DNA from: Archangiaceae bacterium | Lineage (GTDB): Bacteria; Myxococcota; Myxococcia; Myxococcales; Myxococcaceae | NCBI GenBank assembly: GCA_043750125.1 | Contig: JAYVCD010000405.1 | Coordinates: forward strand, 1-22,843 | DNA: 22,843 nt | Direction of reading: 5' to 3' | Shown here: positions 9,118 through 17,100 of the stretch, piece by piece | Numbering within the stretch: the stretch's first letter is position 1 | How the letters are laid out: each line of letters starts with the position of its first letter | The notes under the pieces: model-generated | The model's input: only the letters and a program-made list of their open reading frames with translations | What the model was told of the DNA's origin: nothing | Database searches by the model: none | Program-made: the position numbers and the translations under genes

Positions 9118-9311
9118 GCTCGTCTCCTGGGCTCGCGGGAATGAGTGCGAGCGCGGGTGACGACAGGCTGCGACACGACCGAAGGGGCAGACGCGAACGC
9201 GCTCTCGCCGAAGCCGGCCTGGACGACAGGCACGCAGCGGACACTGAGAATGACGGTCGAAGCGAAGCCCACGGGCTCATTCTCTGGGCGAGGGCCCCGA
9301 AGGTTGCGTCT

Positions 9312-9698
9312 TCAGCGAATCACCACCGTCGGATCGCTGCCCACTTCGACGGTGGCCCGCTTGACCTCGGGTGAAGGGGACCCTTCGCGCCACACCAGCA
9401 GCTCGCTGCGGTAGGGCCCGCGCTTGAGCGTCAACTGCCGCTGGGGATCCAGGCTCAGCCCCTGGGGGGTCTGCAACTCGAAGCGCGTCAACAGCTCGTC
9501 GCCTTCCCACAGCTGCACTTCCACCCTGCGCACCGACCCATACGCGCCGGGAATCTTCCACACCAGGGTGTGCTCGGTGCTCACCACCCCCGCCCCGCCC
9601 TGCCACAACCAGATTCCGAACACCCCCAGCACGATCAGCGGAAATCGCTTCCACAGCGGAGTCATCTTCCTTGCGGGCCGTGGGGGCGCAGGCGTCAC
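9312..9698 (-). CDS. Membrane-anchored hypothetical protein with a small beta-rich domain
   Basis: GTG start overlaps the upstream TGA (GTGA); an alternative ATG is at 9665. TM segment FPLIVLGVFGIWLW. Confidence 0.75.
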   Translation of the reverse strand: MTPAPPRPARKMTPLWKRFPLIVLGVFGIWLWQGGAGVVSTEHTLVWKIPGAYGSVRRVEVQLWEGDELLTRFELQTPQGLSLDPQRQLTLKRGPYRSELLVWREGSPSPEVKRATVEVGSDPTVVIR

Positions 9699-10174
9699 TC
9701 CTCGCCCTTCTTCTTCTTCGGGCCCCCGTACCGGGTCTTCAGCTCGCTGATCTCGATCTTCGGCATCAGGGACGGGGTCTGACCTTTGATCCGGTCTGGA
9801 ATCAGCTTCACCTCGGCCTTGATTTCCACCGTCATCCCGGCGAGCGCCTTGAGAAACTCATCGCGCAGCTTCTCGGACTGAAGGAACCGACGAATTTCTT
9901 CCGACAGCACCCGACCGATTTGATCCTTGGTGTTCTCGGCCTGCCCCAGCACATACGTCAGCGCTTCTTTCGGAAGCTTGAGCTGACCTGCGAGGTTTCG
10001 AATTCCTTCTTCGGTCATGAAGACCGCGCCCAGGCCCGCAACCGCGACCTTGCGAACGAAGTCGGGGATCACTCCTCGAAAGCTCTTTCCATCTTCCGGA
10101 GGATCTTCACCCGTCTCGTCCATCAACGGGTCGTCCCCCAACGGGTCGTCCCCCAACGGGTCATCGGGCAACAT
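9695..10174 (-). CDS. Hypothetical protein with a phasin-like motif and acidic repetitive N-terminus
   Basis: AGGAGG RBS precedes ATG 10174, which overlaps the 3' end of mrp. RKVAVAGLGAVFMTEE resembles the phasin (PhaF/PhaI-type) LAGLGA motif. C-terminus is basic (PKKKKGEE). Confidence 0.8.
   Translation of the reverse strand: MLPDDPLGDDPLGDDPLMDETGEDPPEDGKSFRGVIPDFVRKVAVAGLGAVFMTEEGIRNLAGQLKLPKEALTYVLGQAENTKDQIGRVLSEEIRRFLQSEKLRDEFLKALAGMTVEIKAEVKLIPDRIKGQTPSLMPKIEISELKTRYGGPKKKKGEE
10124..10165 (-). repeat. 15-bp tandem repeat (two perfect copies plus one partial) encoding DDPLG
   Basis: Plus strand reads CAACGGGTCGTCCCC twice, then CAACGGGTCATC. Confidence 0.95.
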
Positions 10175-11273
10175 GAGCAACGCCTCCTGCGCCCACGGGT
10201 TTGTTCACCACCGGCTGGCGCGCCTTCATGTTCTCCTGGGAAATACGGCCGGCAACTTTTGCGGCGATTTCCATGAACCGCCGGGCCTCTTCGCTCTCAG
10301 GCCGCCCCACCACGATCGGCAGCCCGTCGTCTCCGCCCTGGCGAACGCTCAGCTCCAGCGGCAGCTCACCGAGGAACGCGATGTCCATCATCTCCGAGGC
10401 CTTCTTGCCGCCTCCCGACGAGAAGATGTGGGTCGTCTTGTTGCAGTGCGGGCAGACGAACTGACTCATGTTCTCGATGATCCCCAGAATCGGAATGTGG
10501 ACCTTGTCGAACATCTGCTTGGCCCGAACGACATCGGCCAGCGCAACGTCCTGCGGAGTCGTCACCAACACCGCCCCCGCCGCGCGCACCTGCTGGGAAA
10601 TCGTCAGCGCCACGTCTCCTGTGCCCGGGGGCAAATCGAGAATCAAGTAGTCCAGCTCGCCCCAGTTCACGTCCCGCACCAGCTGCATCAAGGCCCCGTG
10701 GAGCATCGGGCCGCGCCACACCAGCGCCTGGTCCGGCTCGATCAAGAAGCCAATCGACATCACCTTCAGGCCATGGGCCTCGAGCGGGTCCAGCGACTTG
10801 CCGTCCTTGCTCACTGGCTTGCGCCGAATGCCCGTCATCAGCGGAATCGATGGGCCATAGAAGTCTGCGTCCAGCAGTCCGACCGTGGCTCCGTGCTTCT
10901 TCAGCGCACAGGCCAGGTTCACGGCCACCGTGCTCTTCCCGACCCCGCCCTTGCCTGCGCCGACCAGCACCACGTTCTTCACTCCGGGAAGCAGCGCGTC
11001 TTTCGCCGTGCCCTGGGGAGCCGAACGCACCCGCGAGCTCCACTCGATCTTGAAGCTCTCGAGCCCCGGCACGCTCTTCAAGGCGGCCTCGGTGTCCTTC
11101 TCGATCTGCGCCTTCAAGGGGCAGGCAGGAGTCGTCAGCTCGATCTTCAGCGAGACCTTCCCCCCGTCGATCTTCAAGTCCTTCACCATTCCGGCCGTGA
11201 CGAGGTCGATGTGGAGCTCGGGGTCCATCACTTTCGACATCGCGGTAAAAACGTCGCGCTCTTGTACGGTCAT
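10161..11273 (-). CDS. apbC: Mrp/NBP35 family Fe-S cluster carrier ATPase (ApbC) with an N-terminal DUF59-like domain
   Basis: Start MTVQERDV at 11273. Motifs DPELHIDLV...ELTTPACP, GKGGVGKST, LLDADFYGPS, WRGPM, DYLILDLPPGTGD, VTTPQ and IENMSQFVCPHC. Confidence 0.96.
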   Translation of the reverse strand: MTVQERDVFTAMSKVMDPELHIDLVTAGMVKDLKIDGGKVSLKIELTTPACPLKAQIEKDTEAALKSVPGLESFKIEWSSRVRSAPQGTAKDALLPGVKNVVLVGAGKGGVGKSTVAVNLACALKKHGATVGLLDADFYGPSIPLMTGIRRKPVSKDGKSLDPLEAHGLKVMSIGFLIEPDQALVWRGPMLHGALMQLVRDVNWGELDYLILDLPPGTGDVALTISQQVRAAGAVLVTTPQDVALADVVRAKQMFDKVHIPILGIIENMSQFVCPHCNKTTHIFSSGGGKKASEMMDIAFLGELPLELSVRQGGDDGLPIVVGRPESEEARRFMEIAAKVAGRISQENMKARQPVVNKPVGAGGVAHVAR

Positions 11274-11339
11274 GGCGCCTTTGTTACGGCCGCCCGCGGG
11301 CAAGTCAAGCCAGCCATCACCGCCGAGGCTTGAAGATCC

Positions 11340-12905
11340 ATGAACCATTTCATCGCCGGCATCATCAAGATCATCTTGTTGGAAGCCTCGCTGGGGCTGC
11401 TGCTGATCGACCGGCTGGTCGACGGCAAGTGGGAAAAGCAGCGGAAGTGGGTCGCGCGGATTCTCGCCTTCGTGATGGTGCTCGCCTGGTGCAACTTCGG
11501 CGGCCTGCGGGGCGACTTCGGCCTGGTCCACCACTGGGAACAGTTTCACTTCTACCTGGGCGCCAAGTACCAGGCGGAGGTCGGGTGGTTCGACCTGTAC
11601 AAAGCCGCGATTGTCGCCGACCGCGAGAGCACCCACATTCTCGACGGGCTCAAAGAGACCCGGGACATCGCGACGTTCGAGGTGGTGCCGATCGAGCAGG
11701 CGATGGCCGACGCCCCCCGGGTGCGCGCGAAGTTCTCGGACGCGCGGTGGGCCGAGTTCAAAGACGACTGGCGAAAGATGATCTCGAATTCCGGAGGGTG
11801 GGACCGGATCTTGATGGATCACGGAAACAGCAACTCACCGGCCTGGGCGTTGATCGCGCACCCCATCGCCGAGCTGCTGCCGCTCAACAATTTCAATCAG
11901 ACCCTGATCGGCTGGCTCGACATGGTGCTGATGGGCGTCATGTGGTTCTTCATTTTCAAGACCTTCGGCGAACGGCCGGCGCTGATTGCGCTCTTCATCT
12001 GGGCGGCGATGCCGATCGTCTTCGACTACCTGGCGGGAAGCTTCCTTCGCTGGGACTGGATCTTCTGCCTCGGAATGGCGATCTGCTTCATGAAGAAAGA
12101 ACGGTGGGCCACCGCCGGCGCGTTCTTCGGTTTCGCCGTCGCCACCAAGCTCTTCCCGCTCTACTTCGGAGTCTGCCTGGGGATCCGCGCCGTCTTCGTC
12201 ATTCGGCGCGAGAAGAATATCCCCGCCCGGTACAAGCGGTTCTTCGTGGGGACGGTGACGACCGGACTGGCCGCGGTGCTGCTCTCGGCCGCGATGTTCG
12301 GGGGCTTCTGGGTCTGGAAGGAATACAAGCAGCGCATCGATGTCGCGCGCGACGAGAAGTTCTACAGCATTCAGTACTCGCTGCAGACGGTGTACCTGCA
12401 GTTCACCAACAGCTCGGTCCAGGAGCTCGCCAACACCGGGGTGCTCTTCCCCAGCGAGATCAAGCAAGAGCGCCGCGACGTAGAGATCAAGAATCAGGCG
12501 GCAGGCTTCTTCCTGATCAAGTTGTTGTTCACGATGCTGGTGGTGGTGCTGCTGCTGCGCGCCGACGACATTCAGGCCTTCACGCTGGGGCCGCTGCTCG
12601 TCTTCATCTGGCTGATCGTCAACATGTACTACTGGAACATGCTCGGCTTCGTCGCGCTCAGTCTGTTCCTGCGCAAGGACAAGCCTCCCCTGGGCGCGCT
12701 GATCGGCCTGCACGCGATCCTGATGTTCACCTACCTCTACCAACACCTGAACCGTGGCTTCTCAGAGGGCTATGCGATCGCCGTCTGTCTGTGCGTTTGG
12801 ATCGCGACCTTCGCCTGGTTCGAGTGGCGAGAGATCAAGGGCCGGGTCAGCGAGTTGATGGGGATGAAGCCTACCGAAGCGGCCAAGCCTGCCCGGGTGC
12901 GTTGA
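11340..12905 (+). CDS. Polytopic membrane protein, probable GT-C fold (GT87/DUF2029-like) glycosyltransferase
   Basis: About 10 or more hydrophobic segments. A large first external loop starts HHWEQFHFYLGAKY. Motifs N-S-P-x-W, LRWDW and AxxxKLFP fit a GT-C layout. The family call is inferred. Confidence 0.6.
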   Translation: MNHFIAGIIKIILLEASLGLLLIDRLVDGKWEKQRKWVARILAFVMVLAWCNFGGLRGDFGLVHHWEQFHFYLGAKYQAEVGWFDLYKAAIVADRESTHILDGLKETRDIATFEVVPIEQAMADAPRVRAKFSDARWAEFKDDWRKMISNSGGWDRILMDHGNSNSPAWALIAHPIAELLPLNNFNQTLIGWLDMVLMGVMWFFIFKTFGERPALIALFIWAAMPIVFDYLAGSFLRWDWIFCLGMAICFMKKERWATAGAFFGFAVATKLFPLYFGVCLGIRAVFVIRREKNIPARYKRFFVGTVTTGLAAVLLSAAMFGGFWVWKEYKQRIDVARDEKFYSIQYSLQTVYLQFTNSSVQELANTGVLFPSEIKQERRDVEIKNQAAGFFLIKLLFTMLVVVLLLRADDIQAFTLGPLLVFIWLIVNMYYWNMLGFVALSLFLRKDKPPLGALIGLHAILMFTYLYQHLNRGFSEGYAIAVCLCVWIATFAWFEWREIKGRVSELMGMKPTEAAKPARVR

Positions 12906-12915
12906 AGCGCTTCGT

Positions 12916-13527
12916 CTATTCGAGCGCTGAAATCTTCAGGGCCCCGCCTTCGCGCACCAGCTTCAAGCTCTTGCCTTCTCCCAGAGGAAGCCGTGGGCCG
13001 GCGAGGGTTACGTCCCACGCTGCTGCACGCGCGGCGCGGATCCGTTCCACCCTCGACAGCGCCACGGGCTCGCTCGCGAAGTCCGCCTTCAAACGTTCCG
13101 GGGTGTAGCGCGCGCGCCACACCGCCGACAGATCGCTGAACACCGTCTGAAAGTCGCCGCTGTCGAGCGCGGCCAGAAAACGGTTCAGTACGTCTCGCGC
13201 CTGCTGCTCGTCAGCCAGCCCGGCCACCGGAGCCTCGAGCACCCGCCACCCTTTCGCCGTCACTTCGAGCGTGACCTTTGCCGAAGGCTGACCGTCCGCC
13301 GCCCGGGTCACGTCCTGGGCCCTCTGGTGCCGGGCCAACGGGTCGGCGTATCGCTCGGCGAACTGTTCGCGATCCAACGAGGCCGACAAGGCCCACGCTT
13401 CGTCCACGTTCCCCGCATCGAGCGCACGGGCATACGACCGACTCACGTCTTCTGGACCGTTGCGCGCCGGCCCCACGTGCGCGCAACCCGCCGCAAGAAT
13501 TCCAAGCGCCGACGCCACCGCCTTCAC
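12916..13527 (-). CDS. Lipoprotein with two NTF2-like repeats, hypothetical
   Basis: GTG start overlaps the upstream TGA. Lipobox LAAGC. Repeated units YARALDAGNVDEAWAL and FLAALDSGDFQTVFSDL, each ending in a beta hairpin (EVTAKGWRV, VREGGALKI). Confidence 0.75.
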   Translation of the reverse strand: MKAVASALGILAAGCAHVGPARNGPEDVSRSYARALDAGNVDEAWALSASLDREQFAERYADPLARHQRAQDVTRAADGQPSAKVTLEVTAKGWRVLEAPVAGLADEQQARDVLNRFLAALDSGDFQTVFSDLSAVWRARYTPERLKADFASEPVALSRVERIRAARAAAWDVTLAGPRLPLGEGKSLKLVREGGALKISALE

Positions 13528-13712
13528 GGACCCGTGGGCCCGCCCAGTTCCCGATCGAAGACCAGGGCCTTCAGTCGCTTCTCCTTGAGCGGGTCCCTGG
13601 TTTCGAGGAACGAGAACCCGACCCCAGACTCCGTGCTCGGCTTCTGAAGAACCCGCGTGGAAGGCGCGTGGGTGCAGGCAGTGAGCAGAACGCAGAGAAG
13701 CAAGATTCGCAT
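13524..13712 (-). CDS. Small lipoprotein (62 aa)
   Basis: Signal and lipobox MRILLLCVLLTAC at ATG 13712. GTGA coupling to the next gene. Confidence 0.65.
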   Translation of the reverse strand: MRILLLCVLLTACTHAPSTRVLQKPSTESGVGFSFLETRDPLKEKRLKALVFDRELGGPTGP

Positions 13713-13838
13713 CGCCGTCTTATCGCGCAAGTGCGGGGGACGATCACCCTTCCCGGTCTTTGGCGATGACGCGTCCACCGGCACATACGGCGCCGATGAC
13801 CCTGGCGGGAGGTCGGCGAAGTACAACCGCTCCTAGGA

Positions 13839-14057
13839 CTAGCGCGCGCCCCCGCCATCGTTCCAGCCGACCGGCAGGCGGCCCGGCGCAACGTCCCCGG
13901 AAAGCGGCTGCATCTGGTTCAGATCCTCGAGAGCAAAGGTCCGGGGCGCGATGCGCTGAGGCGCGGCTGCGCTGGGGGTCGGTTGACGAGAATGAGACAA
14001 CAACAGGTAAGCCAACAGGCATCCCAGCACAGCACCGATCGCGACGTAACGGTTCAT
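13839..14057 (-). CDS. Small membrane-anchored hypothetical protein (72 aa)
   Basis: ATG 14057 is followed by the hydrophobic segment YVAIGAVLGCLLAYLLL, a Pro-rich linker and a C-terminal WNDGGG. Confidence 0.6.
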   Translation of the reverse strand: MNRYVAIGAVLGCLLAYLLLSHSRQPTPSAAAPQRIAPRTFALEDLNQMQPLSGDVAPGRLPVGWNDGGGAR

Positions 14058-14080
14058 CGTGTTCGGCGCTCTACCTGAGG
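14057..14080 (+). repeat. 24-bp direct repeat, left copy (TCGTGTTCGGCGCTCTACCTGAGG)
   Basis: Identical to 15375-15398. Confidence 0.95.
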
Positions 14081-14164
14081 GTTCGGGGACTGTCACCCGC
14101 GGCTGGAGGTGCGCCGAGCCCCACTTGTGGTTCCTCACGGCTCCATGTTCTGACGATGGTTCGA

Positions 14165-15265
14165 ATGCGACTCCCGGCGAAATTTCTGCTTCTGTTCTTG
14201 GCGGGATGCGTTGCACCCGTGCCGACGGGGGGAACTGGGGGTGGCAGCGAAATCGTCGTCGGACCCGCGATCCGCGTGCTGCCGGCGACAATTGCGTTTG
14301 GTTTGATTGGCGCGACGACCAGGACGCTCATGATCTCGAACGTGGGTGGCTCGCCCTTGAAGCTGGGCAAGTTCGAGGTCGCCGCGATGAACCCGCAAAC
14401 TTCCGTCTCGGAATTCGCGCTGATGACTGGGGGGTACAACGACGCGGAAGGGATCGAGCCGGGAGGTTCCCTCGAGATCGAGGTGCGCTTCACGCCTTCG
14501 TCAAAAGGCTTCAAGTTCGTCGAGCTCAGGATTCCAAGCAATGATCTGAGCGCGCCCGAAACGGCGATCGCCATCCGCGCTTCGAGCGAGTCGAAAGACC
14601 TGCTGCAATTCCCGGTGAGCGCGAACTCGAACCCGCCCTGTCTCAGGATCACTCCTGACGATCACAACTTCGGCACAGTCCAGGGGCAGTGTTCGAGCGC
14701 AGCGCGCACATTCGCGATCTCCAACACGTGCTCGAGCGCAGTGACCGTGAAGAGCGTCGAGACGATCTTTCCGGCCGGAGAGCCAGCGGGCTCAGCCCAC
14801 TGCCCCGGCACGCTGGCCTGCCCCGAGTTTGTCGTAGTCGATTCATCTGAAGTTGCACCAGGAACAGTGATTAGCGCGGGCTCGACACCCAGGATCCTTA
14901 AACTCCAGTACCGCCCGTTGAACGTTGGGCCCGACGTGGGCGCGATCGAGCTGAGGGTCAGACAGTTTGGAGAGACGGTCGATGCACTCATTACGCTCAG
15001 TGGAACGGGCGACGCCCCCCCCGGAACGACCGCCGACACATTTAAAGGACCCCGCACCCCGCCCGTCTACTTCCTCACCTCCAACCCGGCCGGCGGGCTG
15101 GTGAAGGTGAAGATCGACAGCGTTCTTCTCGAGCCGATCGCAGGCAACGGAACAGTCGTTTGGACCTACGACGCCGCCGCCAACTCAATCCACTTCGCGC
15201 CGCTGTTCACCCCGGCTCCTGAAAGCACCATCGTCTTCGACTACGACATCGCCTGCCGGCCTTGA
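14165..15265 (+). CDS. Lipoprotein with two choice-of-anchor D / ASPM-SPD-2-Hydin (Ig-like) domains
   Basis: Lipobox MRLPAKFLLLFLAGC (alternative ATG 14156). Domain 1 is IRVLPATIAFG...LMISNVGGSPL...IEVRFTP...LRIPSND. Domain 2 is LRITPDDHNFG...FAISNTC...LQYRP...ITLSGTG. C-terminus WTYDAAANSIHF...YDIAC. Confidence 0.8.
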   Translation: MRLPAKFLLLFLAGCVAPVPTGGTGGGSEIVVGPAIRVLPATIAFGLIGATTRTLMISNVGGSPLKLGKFEVAAMNPQTSVSEFALMTGGYNDAEGIEPGGSLEIEVRFTPSSKGFKFVELRIPSNDLSAPETAIAIRASSESKDLLQFPVSANSNPPCLRITPDDHNFGTVQGQCSSAARTFAISNTCSSAVTVKSVETIFPAGEPAGSAHCPGTLACPEFVVVDSSEVAPGTVISAGSTPRILKLQYRPLNVGPDVGAIELRVRQFGETVDALITLSGTGDAPPGTTADTFKGPRTPPVYFLTSNPAGGLVKVKIDSVLLEPIAGNGTVVWTYDAAANSIHFAPLFTPAPESTIVFDYDIACRP

Positions 15266-15300
15266 AGTGAAGCCTCGCGCTTCCCGAAGACTTCACTTGA
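15263..15300 (+). terminator. Hairpin directly after the stop codon, possible terminator
   Basis: AAGTGAAG (15265-15272) pairs with CTTCACTT (15291-15298). There is no clear U-tract. Confidence 0.4.
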
Positions 15301-15321
15301 TCAGAGTGCCATGCCTCCCGA

Positions 15322-15354
15322 GTTACTCCACAAAACACGACCTTGTGTCGTAAC
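15322..15354. promoter_or_regulatory. Imperfect inverted repeat GTTACTCCACAA-N9-TTGTGTCGTAAC
   Basis: The arms match at 10 of 12 positions and are AT-rich for this genome. The repeat lies 76-108 bp upstream of hutU. Confidence 0.4.
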
Positions 15355-15374
15355 CCCCGACGTGCCCCAGCGAC

Positions 15375-15398
15375 TCGTGTTCGGCGCTCTACCTGAGG
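15375..15398 (+). repeat. 24-bp direct repeat, right copy
   Basis: Identical to 14057-14080. Confidence 0.95.
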
Positions 15399-15429
15399 CT
15401 TTCGAGCTTGGTCTATATCGGCCGCCATC

Positions 15430-17091
15430 ATGAGCTCCCCCCGAACGATTCGAGCCGCCCGCGGCAACCAGCTGTCGTGCAAAGGCTGGGTTCAGGAAGC
15501 AGCGCTGCGGATGTTGATGAACAACCTCGACCCGGATGTCGCCGAGCGCCCGCAGGACCTGGTCGTCTACGGTGGAACCGGCAAGGCCGCGCGCGATTGG
15601 CCCAGCTTCGATCGCATTGTCTCCTCGCTTCGATCGCTGGGCGATGACGAGACCCTGCTCGTCCAGTCCGGCAAGCCGGTCGGGATTCTGCGCACCCATT
15701 CCGATGCACCGCGGGTACTGATCGCGAACTCGAACCTCGTCGGGCACTGGGCGACCTGGGACCACTTTCGTGAGCTCGAGGCCAAGGGGCTGATGATGTA
15801 CGGGCAGATGACCGCGGGCTCGTGGATCTACATCGGGACCCAGGGCATCTTGCAGGGCACCTACGAGACCTTCGCGCAGGCCGGCCGCACCCACTTCGGC
15901 AGCGACGATCTCGCCGGCCGCATCCTGCTCACCGCCGGCCTCGGAGGAATGGGAGGCGCCCAGCCCCTCGCCGCTTCGATGTGCAACGCCGTCTCGCTCA
16001 ACATCGAGGTCGACCCCACCCGTGCCCGGCGACGCCTCGAGACCCGGTACCTCGACGTGATCGCAGCCAGCCTCGACGAAGCGCTCGTCCTCGCCAACGA
16101 CGCCAAATCGAAGCGGGTCGCCCGATCCATCGGAGTCATCGGCAACGCCGCCGAAGTGCTTCCCGAGCTGGTCCGCCGCGGCTTCAAGCCCGACCTCGTC
16201 ACCGACCAGACCTCCGCCCACGATCCTCTCGATGGCTATGTCCCCACCGGCCTTTCCGTCGAGCAGGCGGTCGACTTGCGAAAGAGCGACCCCAGGGGTT
16301 ACGTCGCGCGATCGATCGCCTCGATGGCCGTGCATGTCCGCGCGCTGCTCGCCTTCAAGGCCGCCGGTGCTCACGTCTTCGACTACGGCAACAACCTCCG
16401 CGCGTTCGCCGAGCAGGGCGGGGTCAAAGAGGCGTACTCCTACCCCGGCTTCGTCCCGGCCTACATCCGGCCTCTGTTCTGCGAAGGCCAGGGTCCGTTT
16501 CGCTGGGTCGCCTTGTCCGGCGATCCGGCCGACATCCATACGACCGACCGCGCCCTGGCCGAGTTGTTCCCCCACAAGAAGGGTCTGCTGCGCTGGCTCG
16601 ACCTGGCAAGCAAGCGGGTCGCCTTTCAGGGCCTGCCCGCGCGCATTTGCTGGCTGGGCTACGGCGAGCGCGAGAAGGCCGGGCTGCTGTTCAACGATCT
16701 GGTCAAGCGCGGCGAGCTCAAGGCACCGATCGTCATCGGTCGCGATCACCTCGACTGTGGCTCGGTCGCTTCGCCCAATCGCGAAACCGAGGCGATGAAA
16801 GACGGCTCGGACGCCGTCGCCGACTGGCCCATTCTCAACGCGTTGGTCAACGCGGTGAACGGAGCGTCCTGGGTCTCGTTCCACCACGGGGGAGGCGTGG
16901 GCATCGGATATTCGCTCCACGCAGGCCAGGTCATCGTCGCCGACGGCACCGACGCCGCCGCCAAACGGATCAGCCGGGTGCTCACTTCGGACCCCGCGAT
17001 GGGCGTGCTGAGACACGTCGACGCCGGCTACGACGAAGCGATCGCCACCGCGAAGGAACGCGGAGTGAAGATCCCCGGCCTCACCGCCTGA
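15430..17091 (+). CDS. hutU: Urocanate hydratase
   Basis: Motifs [83 protein letters not shown] and HHGGGVGIG. Confidence 0.99.
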   Translation: MSSPRTIRAARGNQLSCKGWVQEAALRMLMNNLDPDVAERPQDLVVYGGTGKAARDWPSFDRIVSSLRSLGDDETLLVQSGKPVGILRTHSDAPRVLIANSNLVGHWATWDHFRELEAKGLMMYGQMTAGSWIYIGTQGILQGTYETFAQAGRTHFGSDDLAGRILLTAGLGGMGGAQPLAASMCNAVSLNIEVDPTRARRRLETRYLDVIAASLDEALVLANDAKSKRVARSIGVIGNAAEVLPELVRRGFKPDLVTDQTSAHDPLDGYVPTGLSVEQAVDLRKSDPRGYVARSIASMAVHVRALLAFKAAGAHVFDYGNNLRAFAEQGGVKEAYSYPGFVPAYIRPLFCEGQGPFRWVALSGDPADIHTTDRALAELFPHKKGLLRWLDLASKRVAFQGLPARICWLGYGEREKAGLLFNDLVKRGELKAPIVIGRDHLDCGSVASPNRETEAMKDGSDAVADWPILNALVNAVNGASWVSFHHGGGVGIGYSLHAGQVIVADGTDAAAKRISRVLTSDPAMGVLRHVDAGYDEAIATAKERGVKIPGLTA

Positions 17092-17100
17092 CACCACGCT

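Noticed and set aside
4296-14164. Long N-terminal extensions in the ORF track (starts at 5930, 6337, 5901, 11822, 13760, 13826, 14291)
   Set aside because: Most overlap neighbouring real genes, and family homology or signal peptides begin at the internal ATGs I used.
14081-15374. IS element or integron cassette interpretation of the repeat-bounded segment
   Set aside because: There is no transposase or integrase, no convincing terminal inverted repeats and no attC-like RYYYAAC...GTTRRRY structure.
15405-15421. CTTGGTCTATATCG as a HutC operator
   Set aside because: It only partly resembles the proteobacterial HutC palindrome, is not symmetric, and no hutC is in the window. It is better explained as a -10 element.
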